This document shows, one piece after another, positions 61,720 through 64,000 of a stretch of 64,000 nt of DNA. The DNA is from Macrostomum hystrix (Eukaryota > Animalia > Platyhelminthes), in NCBI GenBank assembly GCA_950097015.1, contig CATNEN010000001.1:19592001-19656000 (forward strand), written 5' to 3'. The first letter of the stretch is position 1. Each line of letters begins with the position of its first letter. The notes under the pieces are model-generated. The model searched no databases and was not told the origin of the DNA. It saw nothing but the letters and a program-made list of their open reading frames with translations. The position numbers and the translations under genes are program-made.

Positions 61720-63136
61720 AATCGAGAAAAGCAGATGCGAGCTTTGGAAGCAGAAAACGCCTGGCTAAAAGAAATGCTGCGAATTCAGCACGTCCTCATT
61801 ATAAGCCAACGCAGGACCCTAGAATCGGTTCAAGGGTCTCCAAACCCAAAAATTCCTAGTGTAAGCCGTAAAATTTTAGTTACCAATTCTTAATTCCATA
61901 TTTTAACTAAGCATTCATAGTCTTTCTGCGAAAGCTTTGAATAAAAAAGTTGTCAATTTACAAACTTATAAAAAGGTTATAAGCATAATCCAGTCGTTTG
62001 GTGTTCGGTGTCCATTAATCTTTTTATTATCCAACATGCTTTTTCAACACGTAAGTTTTTCAAGCTTTTAAGGGCAAATGAAAAAAAATTACATTATAAC
62101 TTTAGCTAAATATATTTATATAACCTCAAATATAACCTGTCCAGCCAGCTGAAGGTGCCGGTGCCGGTGCCGCCGGTGCCACTGTGACGGCCGCCTCTGC
62201 CACCTCCGCTGCTACCGCCACCACCACCAGCTCCGCTGCTGCCACTGTAAGTATTTTGTATCTGCTAGTATTCACGTTTACTTGTAGCAGATCTATATAA
62301 GCGGTATTCAGCACGCTATGCAGAGAGATAGCATAGAAACCCTGTCGCAAATTTTACGAGCTCGTAGTATAGTATAGCATTGCATAGCATGATACCTTGC
62401 CCCAGATTCTACACAGGCCTACGATATCGTATAGATGTAAATTAGCAAGATGTGCATTACTGTTCATTCGATCTAAATCCTACTCAAAATAGACACCGGA
62501 CGCGCGTCGGTCCGTTATTAATGGATCCTCGTATTTGAGGTTATACTTTAAGCCTCTACATGCTCATACAAGCCTCATACATACTTTAATTTAAAAAATA
62601 TAGATAGACATCGATGCCTCATTCGGCAGTGGCGACGACGAAGGCCCTGCCGAAGTCAGTATCCGCGGCCCTACGCGGGGAGCAAGCTTTAAGGGTGCAC
62701 GAAAGGCAGCAGGCCAAGCAGAAGTCCTCCGGCGGCTCCTTAGCAATGACGATTCAGCCGTAACTGTTAGTGCTACCCGGAGCAAAGGCCGCGGAGCTTT
62801 TGCTGCGTGTGCCCTCGCCAGAGGAGCATGCGTATGCGAATATGCAGGCAAGCTCCTCAGCAAGACTGAATCCGACACTCGCTACGTTGAGCTCGCCGAG
62901 GCCGACAAGGACACGTTTTTTTTATTTTACTTTGAATACAATGGCCGGGAATATGCTATCGACGCCACGGACACCGATCGCGTCGGAAGGTTCCTGAATC
63001 ATTCTCGGACAACAAAAAAACTGCCGGTGTCCAATATCCGGGAGGCGTGATTCGACCGGCCCTATATTTCCAGACTACAAGATATGTTCCTAAGGGACGC
63101 CGAAACTGTGGAGATTGCAAGTGGCTGAACGATTAG
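61720..63136 (+). pseudogene. KMT5A: PR-Set7/SETD8-like histone H4K20 methyltransferase, degenerate (frameshift, missing ELxYDY motif)
   Basis: Phase-0 exons 61720-61860 (coiled coil), 62145-62246 (Ala/Thr-rich) and 62604 onward: ..SKGRGAFAACALARGACVCEYAGKLLS..FFLFYFEYNGREYAIDATDTDRVGRFLNHSR. Stop at 63048-50; homology resumes in the -1 frame (RPALYFQTTRYVPKG..KWLND*), followed by AATAAA at 63137. Confidence 0.75.
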
Positions 63137-63527
63137 AATAAAACTCGTTCTAAAAATATTCCCGTCAGAAATCAATGCAAGATAAAGCTTAAACATACTT
63201 AAAAAATCGATTTAGACCACTTACAATTCTTTACTTAATAGCTTAATTGCTTAGTTGCTTAATACTTAATTACTTCATGGCTGATATATTGCTCATAATT
63301 TTTTTTCATTGACCTCCTTATATTTTCTTTTTTAATTTTTGGTTTGCTTAGTACTTCGTATTTTACTTTGCTTACAATTTTGTGTTGCTTTGCTTATCAT
63401 TTTGCTTATTGGTTTGATAATTGAAGATTTTCTCTCCCTAGTGGGCCATACTTCGAAAAAAATAACATGGTCGATAATGAGATTAGAATTTCGCAGCATT
63501 TCCAAGAAATAAATTCGATTACTTAAT

Positions 63528-64000
63528 TCAGGGGTCGGCAAACTCCGGCCCGCGGGCCAGATGCGGCCCTCGAAGCTCCCAAATCCGACCCGTTGCCCCT
63601 TCTGACATCTACAGTGTCCTGTTTCATCTCTCTCGCGTCTCATCTCTCCTGTATCTAATCTCTCCCGTGTCTAATCTCTCCCGTGTCTAATCTCTCCCGT
63701 GTCTAATTTCTCCCGTGTCTAATCTCTCCTGTGTCTAATCTCTCCCGTGTCTAATTTCTCCCGTGTCTAATCTCTCCCGTGTCTAATCTCTCCCGTGTCT
63801 AATCTCTCCCGTGTCTCATCTCTCCCGTGTCTAATTTCTCCCGTGTCTAATTTCTCCCGTGTCTAATCTCTCCCGTGTCTAATCTCTCCCGTGTCTAATT
63901 TCTCCCGTGTCTAATTTCTCCCGTGTCTAATCTCTCCCGTGTCTAATCTCTCCCGTGTCTAATCTCTCCCGTGTCTCATCTCTCCCGTGTCTAATTTCTC
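63528..64000. mobile_element. hAT-type MITE (family of 19767-20006) with an internal 16-bp minisatellite (TCTCCCGTGTCTAATC)n; runs off the window
   Basis: Left end CAGGGGTCGGCAAACTCCGGCCCGCGGGCCAGATGCGGCCC..AAGCTCCCAAATCCG; the array starts at ~63640. Confidence 0.88.

Overview
Eukaryotic (metazoan) genomic DNA: spliced genes with GC-rich exons and AT-rich or minisatellite-filled introns. The style resembles a free-living flatworm such as Macrostomum, but that is inference only. Exons were assembled by hand, checking GT..AG sites and reading phase. Genes: (1) the first three exons of a minus-strand gene that leaves the window on the left, possibly an axonemal dynein heavy chain N-terminus; (2) an unknown plus-strand gene of ~433 aa (4749-10743); (3) a complete 19-exon CFAP54 (minus, 34831-11691, ~3550 aa), head-to-head with (4) a 12-exon P5A-ATPase ATP13A1 (35385-45133); (5) a monoglyceride-lipase-like hydrolase; (6) a CK1-alpha-like kinase with an HQD (non-RD) catalytic loop; (7) an NCoR-type SANT exon followed by a degenerate PR-Set7/SETD8-like SET gene that the ORF track missed. 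More than 25 distinct tandem arrays are present, mostly one private unit per intron. Several begin on, or reiterate, the real splice site; several share a CCAGAnCYTCA core; one has expanded inside a hAT MITE whose unexpanded sibling is also in the window. There is no CRISPR array, rRNA or convincing tRNA gene. Most long ORFs in the track outside these genes are repeat or antisense artefacts.
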